A DNA stretch of 64,000 nucleotides from Clostridiales bacterium Firm_07 (GCA_001604005.1 LVAM01000010.1:85244-149243), one strand, 5' to 3'; shown: positions 51,019 through 61,752, counted from the first letter of the stretch. The notes: a model not told the origin generated them from the sequence alone. A program made the numbers and translations.

Positions 51019-51357
51019 TCAACGATAATAGACGTAATACGCGATAACGGTGCGCAAAACGCCGCCGTGTTCAAGGTCGGGACCCGTGAGAATGACGCCG
51101 TCTTTGGAGAGCAGTTCGGCGGCGGTGAGTTTCTCCACGGGACAGCGCATCAGCACTTCGGAAGAAGCATATACCAGCAGTTCGTCGTCCCGCAGGCAAA
51201 GACTGCCCTCTTTTCCGATCACTTCTTCTACGTCGTTCCGCCGTTCGGTCACGTAGCGCACGCGGTGTCCGCAAATGCGCTGTGCCAACGCGCGTTTGTA
51301 GCGCGGGCTGTTCGGATTTTTCGGCGCGGTCAGTTTGTTCCATACGCGACGGCACAT
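51019..51357 (-). CDS. Hypothetical 112-aa protein, last gene of the glycogen operon
   Basis: The ATG at 51357 lies 1 nt after the GH13 stop, with GGAGGA 9 nt upstream. Basic N-terminus. No family recognised. Confidence 0.55.
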   Translation of the reverse strand: MCRRVWNKLTAPKNPNSPRYKRALAQRICGHRVRYVTERRNDVEEVIGKEGSLCLRDDELLVYASSEVLMRCPVEKLTAAELLSKDGVILTGPDLEHGGVLRTVIAYYVYYR

Positions 51358-51358
51358 T

Positions 51359-53257
51359 TTATTCGATCCTCCAAATTCTCACACTCATCGGGGAAATCAC
51401 GGCACGTTTGCCGGCTTTTTCCCCGGAAAGCAGTTCGGCGGGTCGGCTTCCCCTCGGAAAATCGACGGCAAAATCATGCTCGCCGCAGTTTGCCGCGATC
51501 CACAATCGTTCTTTCTCGTCACGCCGCTCGAAAAGGAGCGCGTGGTCGTTCTCCCGCAAAACGGCAAAATCTCCCTCGCAAAAGGCGGAATGCGCGCGGC
51601 GCATCGCGCCGAGCGTCTGGTAAAACGCAAGCAGCGTTTGATCTTCCCGTCCCCACGGATAAGGGCGGCGGCAGAAGGGATCGTGATACCCCTCCATACC
51701 CGCCTCGTCGCCGTAGAAAAGCGAAGGCACGCCGAAAACCGTATATTGAAGCGCCGCCGCCACACGCAATTTGGCGATCGCTTTTCGGCGATTTTCGGGA
51801 GAGAGGCGTTTGTCGCGCAGTTGCGCGTTGGAAAGCCCCGCTCCGCTCTCGCCGCCGAGCACCGTCAAAATGCGCTCGGTATCGTGGGTGGAAAGGATAT
51901 TCATCAAAGAATGGCACACCGCCACCGGATAACTGCCCCAAAGATTGCGCAACGTGCTTGCCAGCGCGTGCGCGTCGCCGTCCCGCACAAAGGAAATGAC
52001 CGCCGTGCGGAAAGGATAATTCATCACGCTGTCCAGCTGTCTGCCGCGCAAATAGCGTCGGCGCGCGCCGTAAGACACTTTGTCGGCGGCGTTCTCCCAC
52101 ACCTCGCCCAGAACCACGCCCTCGCCGTTCGTATCCGCGGCAACGCGGGCGGCAAGCGCGTCAAGAAAACTGTCGGGCAGTTCGTCGGCAACGTCCAGCC
52201 GCCACGCCGAAACCCCCATTTTCGTGTAGGTGTCCACAATCCCCCCCTCGCCCACCAGATACTTCTGCACGGCGGGATTGCCGAGATTGAGTTTCGGCAG
52301 GATCGGGATCCCCCACCACGACACGTACTCATCGGGAAAATTCGTAAAGAAATACCAGTCGTGATACGGCGAGGCGACCGACTGATACGCGCCGAGAGCG
52401 GGATATTTTCCGTATTTATTGAAATACAAACTGTCGTCGCCCGTATGGTTGAAAACGCCGTCCAGCATCACGGCAATGCCGCGCGCGCGGCATTCGACAA
52501 GCAGGGCGGCAAGCGCCTCGCGCCCACCGAACTGTTCATCTACCGTGCCATAGTCGCCTATATCGTATTTGTGATTGGAGTAGGCGCGGAAAACAGGGCT
52601 CAAATACAGAATATCGACGCCGAGCGATTGCAGATAATCCAGTTTTTCCAACACGCCCCACAGCGTGCCCCCGAAAAACTCGTTGTTCGCCAAGGGCGCG
52701 CCAGTAAAGGCGGGAAACTGCTCGATCTCCTCGTTCCACCGCTCGTGATACACGGCGTCCGCGCGGCGCTCTCCCCTGCCGGGCGCAAAGCGATCCACAA
52801 AGACGTGATACATCGTGCCGCCGTGAAAACGCCGCGGCGCGTGCGCGTTGTTTTCCGAAACAAGTAACAAAAAACGGCGCGCCGCGTGCGGCAGAAGCGA
52901 AAACGTGACGTTGTCCGCCGTATCGGTAAAGAGCGTATCGTCGCCGCGCACGAAAAGAAACTCATAATAAAAAAGTCCCTCTCCCGCGCGGGAACAAAGA
53001 TCGGAAAGGGAGAGCCTCAGGCAATACGTGTCCACGCCGCGATCGCTGTCGATAAAATCAAACGGAAGATCGCGATCCGCACCGCCGTCCGGGCAGATCC
53101 GCAAAACGACCGCCGCCGCGCCCAGCGTACGCGGCACGCGGAAAGTAAAAGTCAAACGATCCCGACAGAAGAACGCCCCCCGAAGGGAGGCGTCCTTGCC
53201 GTTGACCGTCTTTTGCAGTGTGGGAAGCGAAGCGGAAAACTCTCGACAGATCAGCAT
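51359..53257 (-). CDS. GH13 alpha-amylase-family enzyme (neopullulanase / alpha-glycosidase type)
   Basis: 632 aa from the ATG at 53257, which overlaps the glgP stop (TAATG). GH13 regions GVDILYLSPVF, VMLDGVFNHTG, AWRLDVADEL, LGEVWE and ILSTHDTER are present. Confidence 0.85.
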   Translation of the reverse strand: MLICREFSASLPTLQKTVNGKDASLRGAFFCRDRLTFTFRVPRTLGAAAVVLRICPDGGADRDLPFDFIDSDRGVDTYCLRLSLSDLCSRAGEGLFYYEFLFVRGDDTLFTDTADNVTFSLLPHAARRFLLLVSENNAHAPRRFHGGTMYHVFVDRFAPGRGERRADAVYHERWNEEIEQFPAFTGAPLANNEFFGGTLWGVLEKLDYLQSLGVDILYLSPVFRAYSNHKYDIGDYGTVDEQFGGREALAALLVECRARGIAVMLDGVFNHTGDDSLYFNKYGKYPALGAYQSVASPYHDWYFFTNFPDEYVSWWGIPILPKLNLGNPAVQKYLVGEGGIVDTYTKMGVSAWRLDVADELPDSFLDALAARVAADTNGEGVVLGEVWENAADKVSYGARRRYLRGRQLDSVMNYPFRTAVISFVRDGDAHALASTLRNLWGSYPVAVCHSLMNILSTHDTERILTVLGGESGAGLSNAQLRDKRLSPENRRKAIAKLRVAAALQYTVFGVPSLFYGDEAGMEGYHDPFCRRPYPWGREDQTLLAFYQTLGAMRRAHSAFCEGDFAVLRENDHALLFERRDEKERLWIAANCGEHDFAVDFPRGSRPAELLSGEKAGKRAVISPMSVRIWRIE

Positions 53258-55689
53258 TATTTGACACCGGTAAGGCGCTTGATGTGCCAGATGCGGTCGG
53301 CATATTCCTTGATACTGCGATCCGCCGCAAAGAATCCCGCCGCCGCGATATTGTGCAGCGACATCTTGTTCCAACGGGCTTTATCCCGATATGCCTCGAC
53401 CGCCTCGGTGTGCGTGGTACGGTACGACTCGAAATCCGCCAAGCACATAAAAGGATCGGCAACGCCGTGCCCATAGAGCAGATACGACGCAATGTCCGAA
53501 AAACTCTCGCCGGCAAAACCGGTATTGAGATAGTTGACGATATGCGCGAGACGCTCGTTGGAAGCATAGTATTGCGCCGGATTATACCCGCGCGCCCAAA
53601 GTTCTTCCACCTCGTTTGCGGTGAGACCGAAAATGAACATATTCTCCGCGCCCGCGGCGGCTTGCATCTCCACGTTGGCGCCGTCCAGCGTGCCGATGGT
53701 CAGCGCGCCGTTGATCATCAGTTTCATGCAACCCGTGCCGCTTGCCTCTTTGCCAGCAAGCGAGATCTGTTCGCTGATCTCGGCAGCGGGGGCAAGCAGT
53801 TCCGCCGTGCTGACGTCATAGTTTTCAAGGAACACCAAACGCAGTTTTTCGGCGATCTTCGGGTGCGACTCGATATCCTTGCCGATCATACAAAGCAGTT
53901 TGATGATGCGTTTGGCAATATCGTAGCCGGGCGCGGCTTTCGCGCCGAAAATGAAGGTTTGCGGCTGCACGTCGAGATTCGGATTTTCTTTCAGATCCAA
54001 ATAAAGCCCGATGATATTGAGCGCGTTGAGAAGTTGGCGTTTATACTCGTGCAAGCGCTTGATCTGCACGTCGAAAAGCGAGTGCGTATCCAGGTGTTTG
54101 CCGGTTTTCGCGAAATAATGGTTGGCAAAATTCACCTTGTTGCGGTGCTTGATGTCGCGCAGGCGTTGGAGGACCTGCGGATCGTCGGCAAATTTGGTGA
54201 AATCCGAGAGGCGCTCGGGCTCTTTTCTGTACCCCGTTCCGATACATTCGTCAAGGAGCGCGGCAAGTTCGGGGTTGGAATACACCAGCCACCGGCGGTG
54301 CGCGATGCCGTTTGTCACGTTGTCAAAGCGCTCGGGATACATTCTGTAAAAATCTTTGAAGACCGTATCTTTGAGAATTTGAGAATGCAGCGCCGACACG
54401 CCGTTGACGTGGTGAGAGCCCACCACCGAAAGGTTTGCCATACGCACCTGATTATAGCCGAGAATGCTGAGTTTGGAGATCGTGTTCCAGTTGCCCGGAT
54501 AAAACTTCCACGCCTCGCGGCAAAAACGCTCGTTGATCTCTTTGATGATCATATGAATGCGCGGCAATTTGAGGGCAAAAAGCTCCTCGTTCCAAGTCTC
54601 CAACGCTTCCGGCAGAACCGTGTGATTCGTATAAGACACCGTTTCGGTCACGATCTTCCAAGCCTTGTCCCAGTCGAAGTGATAGTCGTCCATAAAAATG
54701 CGCATCAGTTCGGGAATACACATAGCGGGGTGCGTATCGTTGATATGAATGGAGACTTTATCGGCGAAATTATCCAGTGTTCCGTAGACCGCCATATGAT
54801 CGCGAATGATGCTTTGACAAGAGGCGGAAACAAGAAAATACTGCTGTGAGAGACGCAAAAACTTTCCTTCGATATGGTGATCGGAAGGATAGAGCACTTT
54901 GGCAAGTATATCGGCGTTGTTGTCGTTCGTCATCGCCTGTGCGTACTGCCCTTTCGCAAAAAGGCTCATATTGAAATCCTGTGCGCTGCGCGCGCGCCAC
55001 AGGCGAAGCTGCGTCACGCCCTCGCTGTCGGCACCGGAGATCATCATATCGTTGGCGATCGCGTCGATATCCTCGCCGCCCTCATATCGTATCTCCAAAT
55101 GCCCGTTTACCCACTCTTCTTTCACGTGTCCGCCGAAATGCACGCGGTATACGCGGTCGGAGCGGGGCGTCAGCCACACTTCTCCCCCGGGCAGCCATTC
55201 GTCGGGCAGCTCGATTTGCATACCGTCCACGATCATTTGGCGGAAAAGCCCGTATTCATAGCAAAGCGAAAAGCCCGTCGCGGGATAGTCGAGCGAGGCG
55301 AGAGAATCCATAAAGCAGGCGGCAAGACGACCGAGACCTCCGTTGCCGAGTCCCGCGTCGGGTTCTTTTTCGTAAAGATCTTCAAGGGAAAAACCGAGCG
55401 TGCCGAGCGCCTGCTTATATTCGGTTGCAAGCCCCAGGTTGCACAGATTGGTTTTCAACGAACGACCGAGCAAAAACTCCATACACATATAGTACACGCG
55501 TTTACTGCCCGTGCGGTTGATCTTTTTCTTAAATTCGCTGCGCTTCTCCGTCAAAATGTCTTTTACGGTCAGCGCCGCCGCCCGATACATCTGATCGGCG
55601 CTCGCCTCCGCGGCGGTACAGCCGAAATGGCGGGCAAGTTTTTCTTCGAGATTGCGTTTGACTTCGCGTGCCGTGGGGTGGTAATTCAT
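53257..55689 (-). CDS. glgP: Glycogen/alpha-glucan phosphorylase
   Basis: 810 aa from the ATG at 55689, preceded by GGAGGAGAACGAAATTTT. PLP-site block EASGTGCMKLMINGALTIGTLDGANVE. N-terminal GLGNGGLGRLAACF. Confidence 0.92.
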   Translation of the reverse strand: MNYHPTAREVKRNLEEKLARHFGCTAAEASADQMYRAAALTVKDILTEKRSEFKKKINRTGSKRVYYMCMEFLLGRSLKTNLCNLGLATEYKQALGTLGFSLEDLYEKEPDAGLGNGGLGRLAACFMDSLASLDYPATGFSLCYEYGLFRQMIVDGMQIELPDEWLPGGEVWLTPRSDRVYRVHFGGHVKEEWVNGHLEIRYEGGEDIDAIANDMMISGADSEGVTQLRLWRARSAQDFNMSLFAKGQYAQAMTNDNNADILAKVLYPSDHHIEGKFLRLSQQYFLVSASCQSIIRDHMAVYGTLDNFADKVSIHINDTHPAMCIPELMRIFMDDYHFDWDKAWKIVTETVSYTNHTVLPEALETWNEELFALKLPRIHMIIKEINERFCREAWKFYPGNWNTISKLSILGYNQVRMANLSVVGSHHVNGVSALHSQILKDTVFKDFYRMYPERFDNVTNGIAHRRWLVYSNPELAALLDECIGTGYRKEPERLSDFTKFADDPQVLQRLRDIKHRNKVNFANHYFAKTGKHLDTHSLFDVQIKRLHEYKRQLLNALNIIGLYLDLKENPNLDVQPQTFIFGAKAAPGYDIAKRIIKLLCMIGKDIESHPKIAEKLRLVFLENYDVSTAELLAPAAEISEQISLAGKEASGTGCMKLMINGALTIGTLDGANVEMQAAAGAENMFIFGLTANEVEELWARGYNPAQYYASNERLAHIVNYLNTGFAGESFSDIASYLLYGHGVADPFMCLADFESYRTTHTEAVEAYRDKARWNKMSLHNIAAAGFFAADRSIKEYADRIWHIKRLTGVK

Positions 55690-55715
55690 AAAATTTCGTT
55701 CTCCTCCGGAAAAAA

Positions 55716-57161
55716 TCAAATTGCGTGATACAGCGCAAGATACCCTGCCGCCGACTGTTTCCAAGAAAAGTCGATCTGCATGATTTTGCGCACAAAGAGA
55801 CGGCAAGTGGCGGGGTCTTCGTAAAGATCCAAAGCCGCCGAGATCCTGTCCGATAGTTCTTCACTGCGATAATTGGCAAAAGTAAAGCCGTTGCCGTGCA
55901 AAACGGTTTTCCCGTCCTTCTCCTCTTTCCAATATCCCTTGATGGAATCGAAAAGCCCGCCGGTCTCTCTTGTCACGGGGATCGCGCCGTAGCGCGAAGC
56001 GACCATCTGCGAAAGCCCGCACGGCTCGCTCTTAGAGGGCATCAAAAAGATATCGCACGCCGCGTAAATACGTTTGGCAAGTGCGCGGTCGTAAAGGATC
56101 ATCGCGCGCACTTTTGCGGGAAATCTGCGTTCGAGATCGCGGAAGAAGTTTTCATAACCTGCCTCTCCCCGCCCTAAAACGACCAACTGTACGTTTCTCT
56201 CAAAGAGAAGGCGCGGCATAATGTCCGCCGCAAGATCCATTCCTTTGTGCGCCGCCAGGCGGGAAACGATCGCCAACATCGGCACGTCGGGATCCTCGGG
56301 AAGCCCCAATTCGCGTTGGAGCGCGGTCTTGTTTTCCACTTTGCGGGAAAGCGTGTTCCGGTTATATTTGACGGGGATCTCCGCGTCCTGCCCGGGGTTA
56401 TAATAGTCGTAATCAATGCCGTTCAAAATGCCCGACAATTTTCCGCGGTTGTCCCGCAGAATGCCATCAAGACCATGCCCGTACGCGGGCGTGCAGATCT
56501 CCTCGGCATAACGCGGGCTGACCGTGGTCACACGGTCGGCGACGACGATGGCGGCTTTCATCAGATTGATGCACCCGCCGAAATTCATCAGGTCGCGGCA
56601 ATCCGCGCCAAGCGAAAAGACGTCGCCGAGGATATAAAAGTCATATTTTCCCTGATATTCGATGTTGTGAATGGTAAAGACCGAACGAATGTTCGTATAT
56701 CCCGGTCTTTGCCGGTAAAGGCGGTCGAGATACACGACCGTCAACGCCGATTGCCAGTCGTTGGCGTGAAGAACGTCCGGGAAGAAACCGAGGTGCCACA
56801 GCGATTCCAGAACCGCCATCGAGAAAAACGCAAAGCGCTCTCCGTCGTCAAAACTGCCGTACAGCGCGGCGCGATGAAAATAGTATTCGTTGTCCACGAA
56901 ATAGTACGTCACGCCCTTACGTTTCAGCGAGAGGATCCCGCAATACTGTTCGCGCCAGGCAAGCTTTACCGTAAAAACGGCTTCGGTCTTCATTTTCTTG
57001 CGGAACGAGTCGGGGATCTGCGCGTAAAGCGGCATCATCACGCGCACGTCGGTGTCGGGCGCCGCCGCGAGAGCGGCGGGCAGGGAGCCCAGCACGTCGC
57101 CGAGCCCTCCGGTGGCGGCAAAAGGCATGGCTTCCGCGCCCACCAACAAAATTTTTTTCAT
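55716..57161 (-). CDS. glgA: Glycogen synthase (ADP-glucose type)
   Basis: 481 aa from the ATG at 57161, preceded by AAAGGAGAAACCG. MKKILLVGAEAMPFAATGGLGDV is the hallmark N-terminus. Confidence 0.92.
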   Translation of the reverse strand: MKKILLVGAEAMPFAATGGLGDVLGSLPAALAAAPDTDVRVMMPLYAQIPDSFRKKMKTEAVFTVKLAWREQYCGILSLKRKGVTYYFVDNEYYFHRAALYGSFDDGERFAFFSMAVLESLWHLGFFPDVLHANDWQSALTVVYLDRLYRQRPGYTNIRSVFTIHNIEYQGKYDFYILGDVFSLGADCRDLMNFGGCINLMKAAIVVADRVTTVSPRYAEEICTPAYGHGLDGILRDNRGKLSGILNGIDYDYYNPGQDAEIPVKYNRNTLSRKVENKTALQRELGLPEDPDVPMLAIVSRLAAHKGMDLAADIMPRLLFERNVQLVVLGRGEAGYENFFRDLERRFPAKVRAMILYDRALAKRIYAACDIFLMPSKSEPCGLSQMVASRYGAIPVTRETGGLFDSIKGYWKEEKDGKTVLHGNGFTFANYRSEELSDRISAALDLYEDPATCRLFVRKIMQIDFSWKQSAAGYLALYHAI

Positions 57162-57183
57162 CGGTTTCTCCTTTAACATCCAA

Positions 57184-58317
57184 TCAAACTTGGCTTTCTT
57201 TTGCAATATAGAACGGCATCGTTTCGTGACCGCAAAGCTCTCTGTTGTCCTTGATGATAACGTTTTTATCGGTGATCACGCAATTCAGACGCACGTTTTC
57301 GCTCACCAGCGTGTCCTGCATCAAAATGGAGTTGGAAACGCGCGTGCCTTTCCCCACTTTGACGCCGCGGAAAAGGATCGAGTTTTCCACCGTTCCTTCA
57401 ATGACGCAACCGTCGGCGATAAGGGAATTGGAAACTTTGGCGCCGGGCGCATAGCGCGTGGGCACCGAGTTGCGCACCTTCGTAAAGATCGGCTGATTAT
57501 GCCGGTAGAAAAGGTTGACGCACGAGCCGCGGTCAAGAAGCCGCATCGAACACCGGAAATAACTTTCCAACGAGTTGACACGCCCGAAAAATCCGTCGTA
57601 ATGATGCGCAAAAACACGCCCCTTTGGCAGTTGGCGGTACAGAACGTCTTTGTAAAAAGAAGTTTGCCCGTGCGCGATGGCGTCCGCTACGACGCGTTGC
57701 AAATAGGAGCGGCGCACCACGAAAATATCCGCGGAAACTTCCACTTCTCCCTTTTCCGCGTCATAGGTCGCCATATCGGTGATGCGACCCGCCGCGTCGA
57801 CTTTCACGACTTCCGCGTGCGCGTCAAGCGGCTGCACGGCGGTGTCCACCGTGGCGGTGATCACCGAAATGTCGGCGCCGTTTTGCTCGTGACGTTCGAT
57901 CGCCTGTGCGATGTCCACGTTGCAGATCACGTCGCAATCCGAAAGCACCAACACGTCTTCGGTGCAATGATTGATGAAATCCATCACGCCCATCAACGCT
58001 TCAAGGCGCGTGGAATAAACCTTGTTCGCCGTGGCGTTGTCATACGCCGTGATGAACGGAGGAAGGATTTTCAGCCCGCCGTGACGGCGCGCCAGATCCC
58101 AGTCTTTACCGTTGCCGATGTGATCAAGCAAAGATTGATAGTTATAGTGTGTGATCAGCCCGACTTTGGTGATGCCGGAATTGACCATATTGGAAAGCGC
58201 AAAGTCGATAAGGCGGTATCTGCCGCCGTAAGGAATGCTTGCCATCGTACGGCGCGCGGTCAGTTCGGGAACCGAAGAATCGTGAATGTTGGAAAAAATC
58301 AATCCTGCAGCAGTCAT
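57184..58317 (-). CDS. glgD: Glucose-1-phosphate adenylyltransferase, GlgD subunit
   Basis: 377 aa. GLIFSNIHDSSVPELTARRTMASIPYGGRYRLIDFALSNMVNSGI is the GlgD pattern and lacks the GlgC GGxGxRL motif. Confidence 0.88.
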   Translation of the reverse strand: MTAAGLIFSNIHDSSVPELTARRTMASIPYGGRYRLIDFALSNMVNSGITKVGLITHYNYQSLLDHIGNGKDWDLARRHGGLKILPPFITAYDNATANKVYSTRLEALMGVMDFINHCTEDVLVLSDCDVICNVDIAQAIERHEQNGADISVITATVDTAVQPLDAHAEVVKVDAAGRITDMATYDAEKGEVEVSADIFVVRRSYLQRVVADAIAHGQTSFYKDVLYRQLPKGRVFAHHYDGFFGRVNSLESYFRCSMRLLDRGSCVNLFYRHNQPIFTKVRNSVPTRYAPGAKVSNSLIADGCVIEGTVENSILFRGVKVGKGTRVSNSILMQDTLVSENVRLNCVITDKNVIIKDNRELCGHETMPFYIAKESQV

Positions 58318-58330
58318 TTTCTCTCCCTCC

Positions 58331-59515
58331 TTATTCCGAAAGCATCGCGCCTGCCGGCACCGTGGCGCCCGCTTCCACGCGCACGCCCTCGCCGATCACG
58401 GCAATTTTCCCGTCGGCGCTCTCGCGGGGCGCGCCGACCGCGGCGCCCGCGCCCACCTCGACGTTATGATCGAGTATCGCGTATTCCACGCGGGCGCCCG
58501 GACCGATCACGGTGTCGCCCATCAGGACGGAATCCACCACGCTCGCGCCTTCCATCACGCGCACGTTTTCGCCCAGCACGCTGTTTTTCACCGTGCCGAG
58601 GATCTCACAGCCTTCGGTGATCGAAGCGTTATCCACCACAGCGTCCGGTCCCACGTATTGCGGGGGCGCGTTGTCGTGGCGCGAGAGAACGCGCCAATTT
58701 CCCGTGGCAAGTTTGAGCTGCGGTTTTTCGCCCAAAATATCCATATTGGCTTCCCAAAGCGACGAGATCGTCCCCACGTCTTTCCAATATCCGACGAAAG
58801 GATACGCCATCATCTTTTCGCCTGCCGCCAGCATCGCGGGAATGACGTTCTTGCCGAAATCGTTCGAGGATTTCGGATCCGCCGCGTCGGCGGTGAGATA
58901 CGAAAAGAGTTTGTCGCGGTTGAAAATGTAAATGCCCATCGAGGCTTTGGTACTGTCCGGATTTTTCGGTTTCTCCGAAAACTTGGTGATCCGACCGGTC
59001 GCGTCGGTCGTCATAATGCCGAAGCGGCTTGCCTCGGACAGCGGCACGTCGATCACGGCGATGGTGCAATCCGCGCCGTTTGTCTTGTGGCAATCCAACA
59101 TTTTGGCATAGTCCATCTGATAGATGTGGTCACCCGACAAGATCAACACATAGTCGGCGTTGTAGCGCTCGATAAACTGCATATTCTGGTAGATGGCGTT
59201 GGCAGTCCCCTTATACCAGTCCGCACCGTTTTTGCCCTGATACGGGGGCAGGATCTTGACGCCGCCGTAGTTGCGGTCAAGGTCCCAGGGAAGTCCCGTT
59301 CCGATATATTCGTTGAGCACCAGCGGCTGATACTGCGTCAGCACGCCGACGGTATCAAGACCTGATTGTACGCAGTTGGAAAGCGTAAAATCAATGATGC
59401 GGTATTTCCCGCCGAAGGTAACGGCAGGTTTTGCGGTTTTGGCTGTCAGCGCGTAAAGACGGCTACCTTGTCCGCCCGCCAATAACATAGCGACGCACTC
59501 TTTCTTTTTGAACAT
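58331..59515 (-). CDS. glgC: Glucose-1-phosphate adenylyltransferase, catalytic subunit
   Basis: 394 aa from the ATG at 59515, preceded by [54 protein letters not shown]. Confidence 0.92.
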   Translation of the reverse strand: MFKKKECVAMLLAGGQGSRLYALTAKTAKPAVTFGGKYRIIDFTLSNCVQSGLDTVGVLTQYQPLVLNEYIGTGLPWDLDRNYGGVKILPPYQGKNGADWYKGTANAIYQNMQFIERYNADYVLILSGDHIYQMDYAKMLDCHKTNGADCTIAVIDVPLSEASRFGIMTTDATGRITKFSEKPKNPDSTKASMGIYIFNRDKLFSYLTADAADPKSSNDFGKNVIPAMLAAGEKMMAYPFVGYWKDVGTISSLWEANMDILGEKPQLKLATGNWRVLSRHDNAPPQYVGPDAVVDNASITEGCEILGTVKNSVLGENVRVMEGASVVDSVLMGDTVIGPGARVEYAILDHNVEVGAGAAVGAPRESADGKIAVIGEGVRVEAGATVPAGAMLSE

Positions 59516-59607
59516 CAGCGATCCTCCGAGTTGAATTATTTTCGCAGGGAAAGGGGCAAACGACAAGAGAAAACAGCGCGGGGTTTAATATCAAGACAGC
59601 AGTACGT

Positions 59608-61509
59608 TTACTGCAAATCCACACGGGATCGGGAAGCGCGGCGTCGGCAGCGAAAGATCATTGCCGAAAGGGGCGGGAGAGTAAGCGCGGCGGATTGCGC
59701 AAAACCGTTTTCGGCAACGTCCTCGGTGCGAAAAGCGCCGGGCGTTTCCCCGCCGCCGCCGAACTCCGCGGCATCGGATGAGAAAACCGTTTCCCATACG
59801 CCGCGGTGCGGAAAGGGCTGTCGGAAGTTTTCACGCCGCACCGGCGTCAAGTTGAGAAGCACGACGAGTTCTTTCCCGCGCCGATCAAAACGACGATACG
59901 AGAGTATACTCTCCTCGGCGTTGTCCGCGTCGATAAAGGAAAAACCGTCGGGGGAATCGTCCATCTCGTAAAGCGCGGGGTTTTGAAGATAAAAATGATT
60001 GAGCGCCGCCACATAGCGCTGCATCGCGGCGTGTTTTGCATAATCCAGCAAAAACCACTCCACGGAACGCGCGTAATCCCATTCGCAAAACTGCCCGATC
60101 TCACAACCCATAAAGAGCAGTTTTTTGCCGGGGTGCGTCATCATCCAAGCAAGGAACGCGCGTGCCCCCGCAAATTTTTCCTCATAATTTCCGGGCATTT
60201 TGTCGAGAAAAGATTTTTTACCGTGCACCACTTCGTCGTGCGAGATCGGCAAAATATACCGCTCACTGAAAGCATACGTAAGCGAAAACGTCATCTCGCC
60301 GTGGTGATATTTGCGAAACAGCGGATCCTCCTCGGCATAAGAGAGGGTGTCGTTCATCCACCCCATATTCCACTTGCGGGAAAAGCCGAGCCCGCCTTTT
60401 TCATCGTGCGTCACGTTCGGAAAAGCGGAGGATTCCTCCGCGATCATCAAAACGCCGGGGCACTCTTTGCGCATCACGGCGTTCAGTTTGCCGAAAAAGG
60501 CGATCGCCTCGGGGTCGTGGTTGCCGCCGTCGGAATTCGGCGACCATTCTCCCGCCGCTCTGTCGTAATCCAGATACAGCATTGAGGAAACCGCGTCGAC
60601 GCGAAGACCGTCGATATGATACGTTTCGGCAAAGAAAAGCGCGTTGGAAATGAGAAAAGACCGCACTTCCGCTTTTCCAACGTCAAAATATCGGGTGCCC
60701 CACGTGCGGTTTTCCATACGCTCCCTGTTGTCATATTCGTAAAGGGGCTGTCCGTCAAACTCAAAAAGCCCGTGTTCGTCTTTCGGAAAATGCGCGGGCA
60801 CCCAATCCAAAATCACGCCGATGCCCGCTTCGTGCATCGCGTCCACAAACGCCATAAAATCGTGCGGCGTGCCGTAGCGAGACGTCGGCGCGAAATACCC
60901 CGTCACCTGATAGCCCCACGAGCCGTCAAAAGGATGCTCCGCCACCGGCATCAACTCAATGTGCGTGTACCCCATTTGCTTGACGTACGGCGCCAGTTCC
61001 CGCGCCAGATCGCGATATGACAAAAAGGTGCCGTCTTCCTGCCGGCGCCACGAGCCGAGATGCACCTCGTATATATTCATCGGCCAGTGCGAGAACCCGT
61101 CACGCCCGACGCGCGCGCGATAGGAAAGCCAGGAGGCGTCGCGCCAGGCATAGCCCGAAAGATCGTAAAAAATTGAAGCGGTTTCCGGCGGGCGCTGCGC
61201 GCAAAAAGCATACGGATCGGCCTTGTAGCGTACGCCGCTTTGCGTGTGCAGTTTGAATTTATAGAGATCGCCCGTGTCGATGACACCGGCGGGCAAAGCA
61301 ATCTCCCATACGCCCTCTTTTGTCACCCGTGAGAGCGGATGCGTTTCCTGCCAGTTGTTGAAATCGCCGACCAAAAACACCGCGGCGGCGTGCGGCGCCC
61401 AAACGCGAAAGACCGCGCCCTGCGCCGTCTTGTGCGCGCCGAGATACTCCTGCGCTTTGAAGTTTTCGCCTTGATGAAAAAGACTTGCGGTCAATCGTTC
61501 GCTCTTCAT
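59608..61509 (-). CDS. glgB: 1,4-alpha-glucan branching enzyme
   Basis: 633 aa from the ATG at 61509, preceded by AAAGGAG plus 9 nt. Motifs YEVHLGSW, DWVPAHFP, GLRVDAVSSMLY, IAEESSAFP and SHDEVVHGK are present. Confidence 0.92.
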   Translation of the reverse strand: MKSERLTASLFHQGENFKAQEYLGAHKTAQGAVFRVWAPHAAAVFLVGDFNNWQETHPLSRVTKEGVWEIALPAGVIDTGDLYKFKLHTQSGVRYKADPYAFCAQRPPETASIFYDLSGYAWRDASWLSYRARVGRDGFSHWPMNIYEVHLGSWRRQEDGTFLSYRDLARELAPYVKQMGYTHIELMPVAEHPFDGSWGYQVTGYFAPTSRYGTPHDFMAFVDAMHEAGIGVILDWVPAHFPKDEHGLFEFDGQPLYEYDNRERMENRTWGTRYFDVGKAEVRSFLISNALFFAETYHIDGLRVDAVSSMLYLDYDRAAGEWSPNSDGGNHDPEAIAFFGKLNAVMRKECPGVLMIAEESSAFPNVTHDEKGGLGFSRKWNMGWMNDTLSYAEEDPLFRKYHHGEMTFSLTYAFSERYILPISHDEVVHGKKSFLDKMPGNYEEKFAGARAFLAWMMTHPGKKLLFMGCEIGQFCEWDYARSVEWFLLDYAKHAAMQRYVAALNHFYLQNPALYEMDDSPDGFSFIDADNAEESILSYRRFDRRGKELVVLLNLTPVRRENFRQPFPHRGVWETVFSSDAAEFGGGGETPGAFRTEDVAENGFAQSAALTLPPLSAMIFRCRRRASRSRVDLQ

Positions 61510-61571
61510 CAAAGGGAACTCCTTTCCCGCCGGGAGCGGCGTTTTTGCAAGTTTTAACTACACTTTATTTT

Positions 61572-61600
61572 ATTATACACGATATTTTTCGGAAAAACAA
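61572..61600 (-). promoter_or_regulatory. Sigma-A-type promoter of the glycogen operon
   Basis: Minus strand reads TTGTTT (61600-61595), a 17-nt spacer, then TATAAT (61577-61572). Confidence 0.55.
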
Positions 61601-61638
61601 TCCTTTCGGAAATTTTTATATGATTTTCTCCGCAAAAC

Positions 61639-61667
61639 TTGTCTTTCGGGCGAAAAGTTGCTATAAT
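61639..61667 (+). promoter_or_regulatory. Sigma-A-type promoter of the small membrane-protein gene
   Basis: TTGTCT (61639-61644), a 17-nt spacer, then TATAAT (61662-61667). Confidence 0.55.
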
Positions 61668-61752
61668 GAAAGTACACGGTATAGAAAACAGCCGCGTGCA
61701 AACACTATACGCACGTTCCGTCTGTTTTCAAACGATCCCAAGGAGGTTCCCT

